Shown here: one piece after another, positions 55,913-64,000 of the stretch | How positions within the stretch are numbered: position 1 is the first letter of the stretch | How the letters are laid out: every line of letters begins with the position of its first letter | Origin: Bdellovibrionales bacterium | GTDB taxonomy: Bacteria > Bdellovibrionota > Bdellovibrionia > Bdellovibrionales > UBA1609 | Length of the DNA: 64,000 nt | Direction: 5' to 3' | Assembly: GCA_965199825.1 (NCBI GenBank) | Contig: OZ241329.1 | Location: forward strand, 1,440,001-1,504,000 | Program-made: the position numbers and the translations under genes | Notes under the pieces: generated by a model | What the model saw: the letters and a program-made list of their open reading frames with translations, nothing else | The model's database searches: none | Told to the model about the DNA's origin: nothing

Positions 55913-57892
55913 ATGACATCTGTGATTCATAACGCCCGTACCCTTGCCGAAAAGATTCGTCGCTTTCTGATCGGCAGCCCAAAGAATCTCGAAGACCGAT
56001 CGATCTTTCATCATCTCTCGCTGATTCCTTTGCTTGCATGGGTGGGGCTTGGCGCGGATGGATTGTCATCATCGTCTTATGGTCCTGCCGAGGCTTTTCA
56101 AGCTTTGGGTGAGCACACTTACATTGCTGTTGGACTTGCAGCACTGATGGCCTTTACCGTTTTTGTGATCTCTGCAGCTTACCGCCGAATCATCGAGGAA
56201 TTTCCTCATGGTGGGGGTGGGTATGTGGTTGCAAGTCATTTGCTCGGTCATCATGTAGGAGTGGTGTCGGGTTGCGCACTGTTGGTCGATTATATTTTAA
56301 CCATCACAATATCTATAGCTGCAGCTGGCGACGCATTATTTAGTTTTTTACCCATGGACTTGCATGTTCTAAAAATTCCGATCGAAATTTTTTTGATTGT
56401 TGCCTTAATGATTTTGAATATTCGTGGAGTCAAAGAGTCGGTCATTGTGATGGCTCCGATCTTTATTCTTTTTTTGATCACCCATGCGATTATGATTGTT
56501 GGCGGTATTGCGGGTCACGCAAACGAGATGGATGTCACCTTTCATTCGATCACTTCTGGCTATAGCAATGGTTTATCAACCATTGGTCCGATGGCGATGT
56601 TTTTACTTTTTATTCACTCCTATTCGCTGGGTGGTGGAACGTATACAGGGATCGAAGCGGTCTCAAACGGCTTGCCGATTATGCGCGAGCCACGCGTGCA
56701 AACAGCAAAACGCACGATGACCTACATGGCTTTTTCGCTCGCGATCACCGCGTCTGGATTGTTGCTCTGTTATCTTTTATGGCAAATTGCTCCAGCACCC
56801 GGGATGACCTTGAATGCGGTGCTCTTACAAAAAATGACCAATGGTTTACCTTTTGGATCAACCTTTACAGTGGTGTCATTGATTGCCGAAGGATTGTTGC
56901 TGGTGGTTGCGGCTCAAGCCGGATTTATTGATGGGCCAAGAGTGCTTGCGAATATGGCTGTGGATTCTTGGTTTCCGCGTCGGTTTGCGGCTTTGTCTGA
57001 ACGACTCACCACAAGTAACGGTATCGTTCTGATGTCGTTTGCCTCACTGCTCGCTCTTTTTTATACCAAAGGTGATGTGTCCCGTTTGGTGGTGATGTAC
57101 TCGATCAACGTGTTTCTCACATTTTCATTATCGATTTTTGGAATGTTAAAATCCTATATGGGTTCGCGCAAAACAAAACCAAGATGGAAAAGTGGGATGG
57201 CCATTTTTTCGATTGGATTTGTTTTGTGTGTGACCATCTTAATCATCACCACCCTCGAAAAATTTGAAGAGGGCGGCTGGGTCACATTGGTGGTGACAAC
57301 GGCTCTTGTTCTTTTGTGTTTTTCGATCAAGCGACATTACCTTGCGGTGGCAAAAAAATTAAGACTGCTTGAAGTGACCGTAAGAGATGTTGAAACCAAC
57401 GCCAATGATAAAAAAGATGTTCAACTAGATCCTCAAGGCCGTACCGCTGCCATACTTGTTGGCGGCTACGGAGGGCTTGGAGTTTATACCTTTCAAAGCA
57501 TTCTCAAGATTTTCCCAAATGTTTACAAAAATTTTATTTTTATTTCTGTGGGTGTTGTGGATTCGGGCGCTTTTAAGGGTGAAGCTTCGGTAGAAGATCT
57601 AAAAGAAGACACCACACGAATGCTGCAAAAATATGTGCGAATGAGCAATGACCTTGGTTATGCCGCCACCAAAAAAATTGCGGTGGGAACTGATATTGTG
57701 CAAGAGGCTTTTGATTTGTGTCAGCAGGCCGTCGAAGAATTTCCACTCACCACTTTTTTTACCGGCAAGGTGATATTTTCTGAAGACACTTGGTTTAACC
57801 GCTTTTTACACAACGAAACTGGTTTAGCGCTCCAAAAACGACTCCAAATTTCTGGATTAACAATGGTCGTCCTGCCGGCCAAAGTGATTTAA
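55913..57892 (+). CDS. APC-superfamily permease, KimA-like K+ importer
   Basis: RRFLIG.P, DGLSSSSYG, PHGGGGYVV, LLVDYILT, TGIEAVSNG, cytoplasmic C-terminal domain. Confidence 0.85.
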   Translation: MTSVIHNARTLAEKIRRFLIGSPKNLEDRSIFHHLSLIPLLAWVGLGADGLSSSSYGPAEAFQALGEHTYIAVGLAALMAFTVFVISAAYRRIIEEFPHGGGGYVVASHLLGHHVGVVSGCALLVDYILTITISIAAAGDALFSFLPMDLHVLKIPIEIFLIVALMILNIRGVKESVIVMAPIFILFLITHAIMIVGGIAGHANEMDVTFHSITSGYSNGLSTIGPMAMFLLFIHSYSLGGGTYTGIEAVSNGLPIMREPRVQTAKRTMTYMAFSLAITASGLLLCYLLWQIAPAPGMTLNAVLLQKMTNGLPFGSTFTVVSLIAEGLLLVVAAQAGFIDGPRVLANMAVDSWFPRRFAALSERLTTSNGIVLMSFASLLALFYTKGDVSRLVVMYSINVFLTFSLSIFGMLKSYMGSRKTKPRWKSGMAIFSIGFVLCVTILIITTLEKFEEGGWVTLVVTTALVLLCFSIKRHYLAVAKKLRLLEVTVRDVETNANDKKDVQLDPQGRTAAILVGGYGGLGVYTFQSILKIFPNVYKNFIFISVGVVDSGAFKGEASVEDLKEDTTRMLQKYVRMSNDLGYAATKKIAVGTDIVQEAFDLCQQAVEEFPLTTFFTGKVIFSEDTWFNRFLHNETGLALQKRLQISGLTMVVLPAKVI

Positions 57893-58291
57893 ATGTTTCA
57901 AGGCCTTGAGCGCGAATTGCGATTTGTCGCGGTTCGTAGTCGTGGGCCTGGTGGTCAAAATGTAAATAAAGTTTCTAGTGCGGCTTTGTGCACTTGGGAC
58001 TACAAAAATTCTGCATTTCATTTTGATCGAATTCTTTTAGGCGAACGCCTCAAAAATCAAATTAATAAAGATGGCCTTGTTTATCTTCGAAGCGATGAGT
58101 TTCGTGATTTCGAACAAAACAAAAGACGCTGTATCGAAAAATTGTCGGCCATGATCGCTGCTGCTTTGCACCGCCCTAAACGCCGGATCAAAACAAAACC
58201 CACCTTTGCCTCAAAGGTGCGAAGGCAAAACACTAAGGCTCAGCGCGGCGAAATTAAAAAATCGCGAACGAAGGTTCGGATTTCTCGCTAA
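57893..58291 (+). CDS. arfB: Alternative ribosome rescue factor B
   Basis: RSRGPGGQNVNKVSS and basic tail PKRRIKTKPT..SK.RR...K..RGEIK. Confidence 0.92.
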   Translation: MFQGLERELRFVAVRSRGPGGQNVNKVSSAALCTWDYKNSAFHFDRILLGERLKNQINKDGLVYLRSDEFRDFEQNKRRCIEKLSAMIAAALHRPKRRIKTKPTFASKVRRQNTKAQRGEIKKSRTKVRISR

Positions 58292-58301
58292 GCTTTTAAG
58301 C

Positions 58302-59273
58302 ATGAAATTGATTGCATGCGCTCTAATTTTATTTTTGTGTTCTTGCGGTACCCAAACATTTCCGATTCCACCAAATCCAATCCTCTTGGTTGACACTCAT
58401 GCCGCAGAAATTGTTTCGGGCATCTTGGGTGGAGCAATCAATGATGCGCCGACCGCAACCACATCTTTTGCCCATCGCATTTGGCAGGAGTTGACGCTTT
58501 TGCCAAAAGCTTATGGGTACTCATCGACTTGTGCGGTGGGTACGATGGCGCCCTCGGTGTTTTCGACAGGCACAATAAATTATGTTTATTCACCAGCCGT
58601 CTGCACCGATGTTTTTACCAATGGCACAACGGGGACCGCATCTTTTAGCTCAACCACTTACAATTACAACTATGCTTCAAATTGTACGGGTACCGATTTT
58701 GGTTTGAGCACTCAGCCTACGGCTTGTGTAGTCACTCGAACAACTTCGTCGCCGGTCACTCGAATGATCACTCCTCCAAGCGGAACAAGTGCAACCGTCA
58801 CTCATGACACTTTGAACCCTAGCGGATTTAGTACAAGCGTCGTCACTTCAAGTGGGGGCGAGGTGATCACTTGTGGAGCTGCGAATGTTGGCGACACCAC
58901 CTGTACCACGCGATCGATTGTGGTGAATGGATCGCATGTCACATCTACTGACGGTTGGGATCACACTGTCTCAACGACAGCGCCGATTATGGTTGTTGGC
59001 AATGCGACGACCTCGGTGGTGAATTCGGCTAGCCTCACAGTCCAAGACAACACCAATCAATATACGGTGAACTTTTCTGTTTATACGCCATTAAGTTATT
59101 CGCTTGCGAACTGTTGTTATCCAACAAGTGGTCAGCTGATTGGGGTATTTTCAGGTGGACCTTATAGTGGAAAAACAATCAACGTGAGCTTTTCGCCAAA
59201 TTGTGGTGAGGTTGCGGTCGCAGTACAAGGGCCAAGTTTGCCCTCGCAAATGACTCTTACTCATTGCCTTTAA
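58302..59273 (+). CDS. Thr/Ser-rich, Cys-containing surface lipoprotein
   Basis: Lipobox LCSC; very high T/S/V content with a beta-rich pattern. Confidence 0.7.
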   Translation: MKLIACALILFLCSCGTQTFPIPPNPILLVDTHAAEIVSGILGGAINDAPTATTSFAHRIWQELTLLPKAYGYSSTCAVGTMAPSVFSTGTINYVYSPAVCTDVFTNGTTGTASFSSTTYNYNYASNCTGTDFGLSTQPTACVVTRTTSSPVTRMITPPSGTSATVTHDTLNPSGFSTSVVTSSGGEVITCGAANVGDTTCTTRSIVVNGSHVTSTDGWDHTVSTTAPIMVVGNATTSVVNSASLTVQDNTNQYTVNFSVYTPLSYSLANCCYPTSGQLIGVFSGGPYSGKTINVSFSPNCGEVAVAVQGPSLPSQMTLTHCL

Positions 59274-60444
59274 GAACAGCTTTAACAACATCAAGACGGC
59301 CATCAATGGGTTCAACCACAGGCAATTTTAGTATTTCTGCAATCAATGGATAGACATTGATATTTTCAAAGGTATCCAACTGTTTTTGTTTATTAAAGTG
59401 TGGACCCTCGGCCATAAAAATTCCGTGCATCTGCAAATTCACATCGGGATCAAAACCATGATTGCCTTTTTTAAAAGGCTTTGGATGATCCTTGTATTGC
59501 AATGAATAAGGCGCATTGGTCGTGACTAAGATGTCACCCACTCGTGGGGTGTTTTGGTAATGCCACTTTTGTGGGATTTCATCGTGAGCATAAACATTAA
59601 AATGATGCGAATATTTTTTGAAAGCCTGAATCGTCTTTTGAATCTCGCTGCGTTTGCTATTTGGTTTTAAGTAGAGCAAGGCTTGGGTTGAATCACCCAT
59701 CACCATAAAGTTTTTAAGACTCACTCGCTCATCCAGATTTTCGATTGAGTCTTGAGAAATGTCAGCCATTCCATGATCCGACAAAACGATTAAATCTATA
59801 CCGCGGGGTAAGTTTTTTCGAAGCTCGCCGATCAGCTGATCGATTTCGGCCACCGCATTTTTAACTTCATTCGAGGTTGGTCCATAAAGATGCGAAGCTT
59901 CATCCACCTGAGAAAAATAAAGAGTGGTCAACTGCGGCGGATTTTTTGAACGCAGCCATTCAAGAACCTGATTCACTCGGGTTAAGCCTGGGGTCTTTGA
60001 GTTATAGTTGATATAAGTGGAAGGCCGATGTCCTGCTATTTCGGCCTCTGATCCAGGCCAGAAATAACATGCCGAACGCTGATGATTTTGTTCTGCCAAA
60101 CTCCAAAGAGGAGTTCCGCCATACCATCGTCCATCACGAATGGCGTTCACATCTGAAATTTTGAATTCTTGAGAGATACGCGGATCATAAAATTCGTTGG
60201 CAACAATTCCGTGATGCTCAGCATAGAGGCCAGTAGCGATGGCATAATGATTGGGATAAGTTTTAGATGGAAATATGGGTTTTAAGCTCTTGGCCCTTAC
60301 CCCTGAATTCGAGATCTGGTTCAGGTTCGAGGGATTATACATTTTAAGATAATCAGATCGAAAGGCATCAATAGACACAAGCAAAACAGAGGGGCGATGA
60401 GTGGCGCAACCCACACAAAGGAGTGCAAAAATTAAATATTTCAT
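59257..60444 (-). CDS. Nucleotide pyrophosphatase/phosphodiesterase (NPP) lipoprotein
   Basis: Lipobox CVGC, SIDAFR, FPSKTYPNHYAIATG, SDHGM, GNHGFD. Confidence 0.92.
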   Translation of the reverse strand: MKYLIFALLCVGCATHRPSVLLVSIDAFRSDYLKMYNPSNLNQISNSGVRAKSLKPIFPSKTYPNHYAIATGLYAEHHGIVANEFYDPRISQEFKISDVNAIRDGRWYGGTPLWSLAEQNHQRSACYFWPGSEAEIAGHRPSTYINYNSKTPGLTRVNQVLEWLRSKNPPQLTTLYFSQVDEASHLYGPTSNEVKNAVAEIDQLIGELRKNLPRGIDLIVLSDHGMADISQDSIENLDERVSLKNFMVMGDSTQALLYLKPNSKRSEIQKTIQAFKKYSHHFNVYAHDEIPQKWHYQNTPRVGDILVTTNAPYSLQYKDHPKPFKKGNHGFDPDVNLQMHGIFMAEGPHFNKQKQLDTFENINVYPLIAEILKLPVVEPIDGRLDVVKAVLKGNE

Positions 60445-60558
60445 TGGCTCGCAGTAACACCCTTTGGTCTCGAAAGCATCTCTCAAGTCCAGTTGGTAGA
60501 GCGTCGAATTGACAAGATCTTACCCATCTAGCTCGAATAGAGGAGAGGGGAAAATATC

Positions 60559-62616
60559 TTGAAGTGGAAAACAATATTTTTTAGACATCCTCTTTTACTT
60601 TTAATTTATGGGGTCTTCGCGATGACACCGAGTACGTCCACCAAAGTGGACACCGTTATAAAGCTGCCAGCAAAAATTCTTTCTCGATCCACCGATATTT
60701 ATTTTAAACACCAAATTGCAAAAGTCGAAGAGCATTGCTTTCGCAAAGGTCCGGTGGCGGCTCACTTGTATTTAGATAGCAATCAAGCCCCCTATTTTTT
60801 TGTGGCCTTTCCTGCCGGAAATTCTGGTGTGGGGATGTGGTTTGACACTCCCGACAAAAATGTTTTTTTGAGTGCGGTTCGTCCTCCCCATGCGATTACA
60901 CGCTCGCAACTCAACGGCATCGAAGTGGATCTCAAAAGTGGCGCGAAAAGTTTAAAAATCAAAACTGCTGTTCTTGGGAGTATGCGCTTTATTCGAGATG
61001 CTGAGTTGCAACAGCCAATCCCAAAAGTGATACAAAAAAATACGGTTGTGACAAGTGACCATGTGATTGTGATGGATCGTGAATCGCTCAATAAAATGGC
61101 GAGTTACAGATTAGAGCTTGAACTTTTAGGCGATACAAAAATGGTGCAGCACGAAGGGGCAATCGAGCTTGTGGCGCAGTCCAACATTAAATTTCGATTG
61201 CGCGCGATGACAAGTGAGCGACCGCTAACGCCACTCAAACCATCAAGTGTTTTTAAAAAACAATATCTCAGCAAGATAGATCCAAAAGAACTCCAGGCCT
61301 TTTCATTTTTGCTTTATCGCGAAAAATTTGCGGCCGGATCTCCACGATATCTGAATCAATTTGGAAGAGACTCTCTCATTACCCTTCGTGTGTTGATGGA
61401 TGCCATGAAGCCAGAGGCGGTCGAAAATTTAATTTCGATGACTCTCAATGGGGCTCATCCCGTTGATGGCATGATTTCACATGAACAGCACGAAGGCGAT
61501 TTTGCTTCGTTTGTTCGAAAGCAAAAACATCAAAACGTGATCGGTGTCACGAGTCCCATCGAAGATTATAAAATGATCGACGATGATTTTATTTTCACCA
61601 TCGTTCTTGCCGAATACATGAAGCGCTACCCGATGCGTGTTGCCGACTTTTTGGATCGTCGAGACTCGCGCGGAATTTCACATCGACGCCTGGTTCAAAA
61701 TAATTTTCGCTATGTTCGTAAGATGACAAAGGCCTTTTTTCAAGATCCCATTTACACCAATTTGGTTCATCTCAAAGACGGTGAGACTACCGGTCAGTGG
61801 CGCGATAGTGAATATGGTTTAGGTGGAGGTTCTTATCCCTTTGACGTCAATGTGGCTTTGGTCCCTGGGGCGCTTCGAGGACTTTCAGAAATCTACGACA
61901 ACGAACATCTCGAATTTTTTAGTCCAAAAACAGCCGCACTGATGGATAAGATTTTTAGAGTGTGGAATGAAAAGGCTGAGCCCTTATTTGAAGTGCGCAT
62001 TCCAAAGAACACGATTCCAAATTATGGCGAAAAATATTTTGCCAACCTTCATCTTGATCCAAAAGACCTACCAGATTCTCCTGAACAAGATTTAAGATTT
62101 CCGGCGATTGCAATCAACGATGCGGGCGAAAAAATCCCGGTGATGCATTCTGATGACAGCATGATGATGACCTTTGGTTATCCATCAGAAAACTATATGC
62201 GTTCGGTCAATCAACGTGTGCAGCATCAGTTCCCCTATGGACTCAGAACTCCGGTCGGAATTTTAATTGCTAATCCAGTTTTTGCTCGACCCTTACTGCA
62301 GAGTCATTTTGATGAGCATCAATATCATGGGCGCACGAGTTGGGCGATGCAGGAGGATTTGTTGATATATGGATTTGATCGGCAGCTCGCCATTGGGCAG
62401 TGGTCCAATGAGACGATTGAAGAGATCAACCATTCGGTTCACGAAGTGGCCAAGGTGATCAAGGTGAAAGGGCATATGGGCGGGAACGAAGTGTTTTCTA
62501 TTCTTCTTGTGAATGGCCGATACCTGGCTTTGCCTTTTGCTGGAAGTGCGAAATCAAATTCAAACCAATTGTGGAGTCATCTGCGGATCGCATCGCCACC
62601 GCTAGAAGATATCTAA
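60559..62616 (+). CDS. Putative six-hairpin glycoside hydrolase (glycogen-debranching-like)
   Basis: AFPAGNSG, AGS.RYL..FGRDS, DYKMIDDDF, GQWRDS..GLGGG..PFDVN, YHG...W. Confidence 0.65.
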   Translation: MKWKTIFFRHPLLLLIYGVFAMTPSTSTKVDTVIKLPAKILSRSTDIYFKHQIAKVEEHCFRKGPVAAHLYLDSNQAPYFFVAFPAGNSGVGMWFDTPDKNVFLSAVRPPHAITRSQLNGIEVDLKSGAKSLKIKTAVLGSMRFIRDAELQQPIPKVIQKNTVVTSDHVIVMDRESLNKMASYRLELELLGDTKMVQHEGAIELVAQSNIKFRLRAMTSERPLTPLKPSSVFKKQYLSKIDPKELQAFSFLLYREKFAAGSPRYLNQFGRDSLITLRVLMDAMKPEAVENLISMTLNGAHPVDGMISHEQHEGDFASFVRKQKHQNVIGVTSPIEDYKMIDDDFIFTIVLAEYMKRYPMRVADFLDRRDSRGISHRRLVQNNFRYVRKMTKAFFQDPIYTNLVHLKDGETTGQWRDSEYGLGGGSYPFDVNVALVPGALRGLSEIYDNEHLEFFSPKTAALMDKIFRVWNEKAEPLFEVRIPKNTIPNYGEKYFANLHLDPKDLPDSPEQDLRFPAIAINDAGEKIPVMHSDDSMMMTFGYPSENYMRSVNQRVQHQFPYGLRTPVGILIANPVFARPLLQSHFDEHQYHGRTSWAMQEDLLIYGFDRQLAIGQWSNETIEEINHSVHEVAKVIKVKGHMGGNEVFSILLVNGRYLALPFAGSAKSNSNQLWSHLRIASPPLEDI

Positions 62617-62973
62617 TCAAAATTGGTGGGGTTGCTCACCGAATCCAAATTCATAAGATGCATAAACAAATTCTGTTTCTTCACTGAGCAGCTCAACTAA
62701 TTTTTTAAGTTCTCCACGAACCAAAATATAACTGCGCTGGCCATCGCTCAGTGAACGCATAAAATTTAAGTTAGAATTTTGGGCAAAAACTTCCCCATCA
62801 ACAAGATGATCGAAGTGGAGCCACACTCCAATGAAGGGAGGATGAGTCTCAAGAGCATCGAGCAATCCAACTGAAATCCGTGAGTGTGAGATGTGTTTGT
62901 TAAGTATCGACAAACACCCAGGCTGTGGGGTTGAGGCAAAGGCAAAAGAAATAAGTAAAATCAAGATGGCCAT
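62617..62973 (-). CDS. Small secreted hypothetical protein
   Basis: Signal peptide ending AFA; AAGGA RBS. Confidence 0.6.
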   Translation of the reverse strand: MAILILLISFAFASTPQPGCLSILNKHISHSRISVGLLDALETHPPFIGVWLHFDHLVDGEVFAQNSNLNFMRSLSDGQRSYILVRGELKKLVELLSEETEFVYASYEFGFGEQPHQF

Positions 62974-62983
62974 TGAGTCCTTT

Positions 62984-63709
62984 TTAGTATTTTAACGAAA
63001 ATCCGGTAAAGTAAGTGATATCGGTTCCGACAATATCCATCGGCGGCACGCTATCGTAGTTCAGATTAAATTGCATTTCGGCCGAGAGGCGTTCGGTTAA
63101 ACTAAATAATAGTCCACATGACAAGAGAAACCTGACATCATTCAAAAATTGCAGCGACGGCTGAAGATAGGTGCTCGCATAGGCAGAAGCCCGATCATTA
63201 AATCCCACTACATAAGATAAATAAAGATTGCCGCGAAAACCACTTCGCGAAGCTTCCATGTTAAAGGTGGCAAGTTCGTAAAAGAGACCAGTTCCTAAAT
63301 AAAGAGTGTTTGTACCTTGGTTCAGAAGACGATAACGAAGGTTGGACCCAAAAATATTTCGCCATTTAAGATCTCTAAATTCGTCAAACTCGGATTGAGT
63401 AAATAATTCGACTGTGGTGGGCTTATCGGCTTTAAAGGTGTATCGGATGTGAATTCGCCCATTATTTGTGTCCTTTACATTTTGGGTGAGCGAATAGACA
63501 TAGTCTGCTAGAAACAATATTTCGTCTTCGGGATAGCGATAAATATTAAGAGTGGTGATGTTGTTTGCCAACTTATTGGTGTTTCCGCGCTGACCCGAAA
63601 ATTTGGCGGAGGATTTTCCGATGAATCCCTTTCCAGATTCTCTACGAATTTGTTCGATGTTGATAAAGCCAAATGACGGCGCCATCAATAGAAGAAATAA
63701 AATTGGCAT
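62984..63709 (-). CDS. DUF481 family outer-membrane beta-barrel
   Basis: INIE.IR, GQRGNT, E.F.Q.EFDEF, YLQP, YDS.PP, C-terminal SLKY. Confidence 0.75.
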   Translation of the reverse strand: MPILFLLLMAPSFGFINIEQIRRESGKGFIGKSSAKFSGQRGNTNKLANNITTLNIYRYPEDEILFLADYVYSLTQNVKDTNNGRIHIRYTFKADKPTTVELFTQSEFDEFRDLKWRNIFGSNLRYRLLNQGTNTLYLGTGLFYELATFNMEASRSGFRGNLYLSYVVGFNDRASAYASTYLQPSLQFLNDVRFLLSCGLLFSLTERLSAEMQFNLNYDSVPPMDIVGTDITYFTGFSLKY

Positions 63710-63757
63710 GAGCCGAGCACATTGACGGATTTAAAAACAACATGCAAGGGTTGTCTG

Positions 63758-64000
63758 ATGTTAAAAAAAATCACTTTTACCCAATGGATCGCAATCGCAC
63801 TTGTGGTTGGACTTATTGTTGGAGTCACAGCACCCGAATTTGCGGTCTCTCTTAAATTTCTAACAACCGTATTTTTGCGTGCGATCAGTTCGATGGTTGT
63901 GCCGATGATATTCGCAATGCTTGTCACAGGCATTGCCGATCATAGTGATGACTTAAAGTCGATTGGGCGTTTGGCGGTGAGGGCACTGGTCTACTTTGAA
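63758..64000 (+). CDS. Dicarboxylate/amino acid:cation symporter (GltP/DctA family), partial
   Basis: Manual translation MLKKITFTQWIAIALVVG...FLRAISSMVVPMIFAMLVTGIA...IGRLAVRALVYFE; runs off the window. Confidence 0.9.
   Translation, partial: MLKKITFTQWIAIALVVGLIVGVTAPEFAVSLKFLTTVFLRAISSMVVPMIFAMLVTGIADHSDDLKSIGRLAVRALVYFE

Noticed and set aside
41541..60444. A single NAD/nucleotide-scavenging system formed by the PafA-like, NadE and NPP genes
   Set aside because: NPP is about 14 kb away and PafA is merely divergent from nadE; all are common stand-alone genes, so linkage is unsupported.

Overview
A gene-dense bacterial chromosomal window of about 65 CDS. I found no rRNA, tRNA, CRISPR array, transposase or prophage. 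A Bdellovibrionota/Oligoflexia-like origin is inferred, not proven, from the pilT-recX order, PilZ and pseudo-receiver proteins, many secreted orphan proteins, and sigma54 and sigma28 promoter motifs. Housekeeping content includes pgpA, pilT, recX, mutY, a TolB-like protein, two DEAD-box helicases, pcnB, tatA, a transketolase, adenosine deaminase, a thiamine-type ABC transporter, nth, citrate synthase, menA/ispB/rsmJ, nadE, a KimA-like permease, arfB and two alkaline-phosphatase-superfamily enzymes. The most notable observations are: (1) a tightly coupled nadE / nuclease-DinG helicase / pseudo-DEDDh-GIY-YIG operon, followed by a GapR-like and PC4-like small-gene pair; (2) unrelated secreted orphan proteins sharing a terminal C-x-x-h-L motif; (3) five -24/-12 sigma54-type promoters, mostly in front of secreted orphan genes; (4) an RhlB-like helicase with a disordered tail ending in a MinD-like membrane-targeting helix; (5) several catalytically degenerate signalling proteins; (6) a VWA lipoprotein with a (GGNPTN)10 repeat; (7) a pirin gene broken by a 1-nt homopolymer frameshift. 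All family calls come from motifs recognised by eye; no database search was run.
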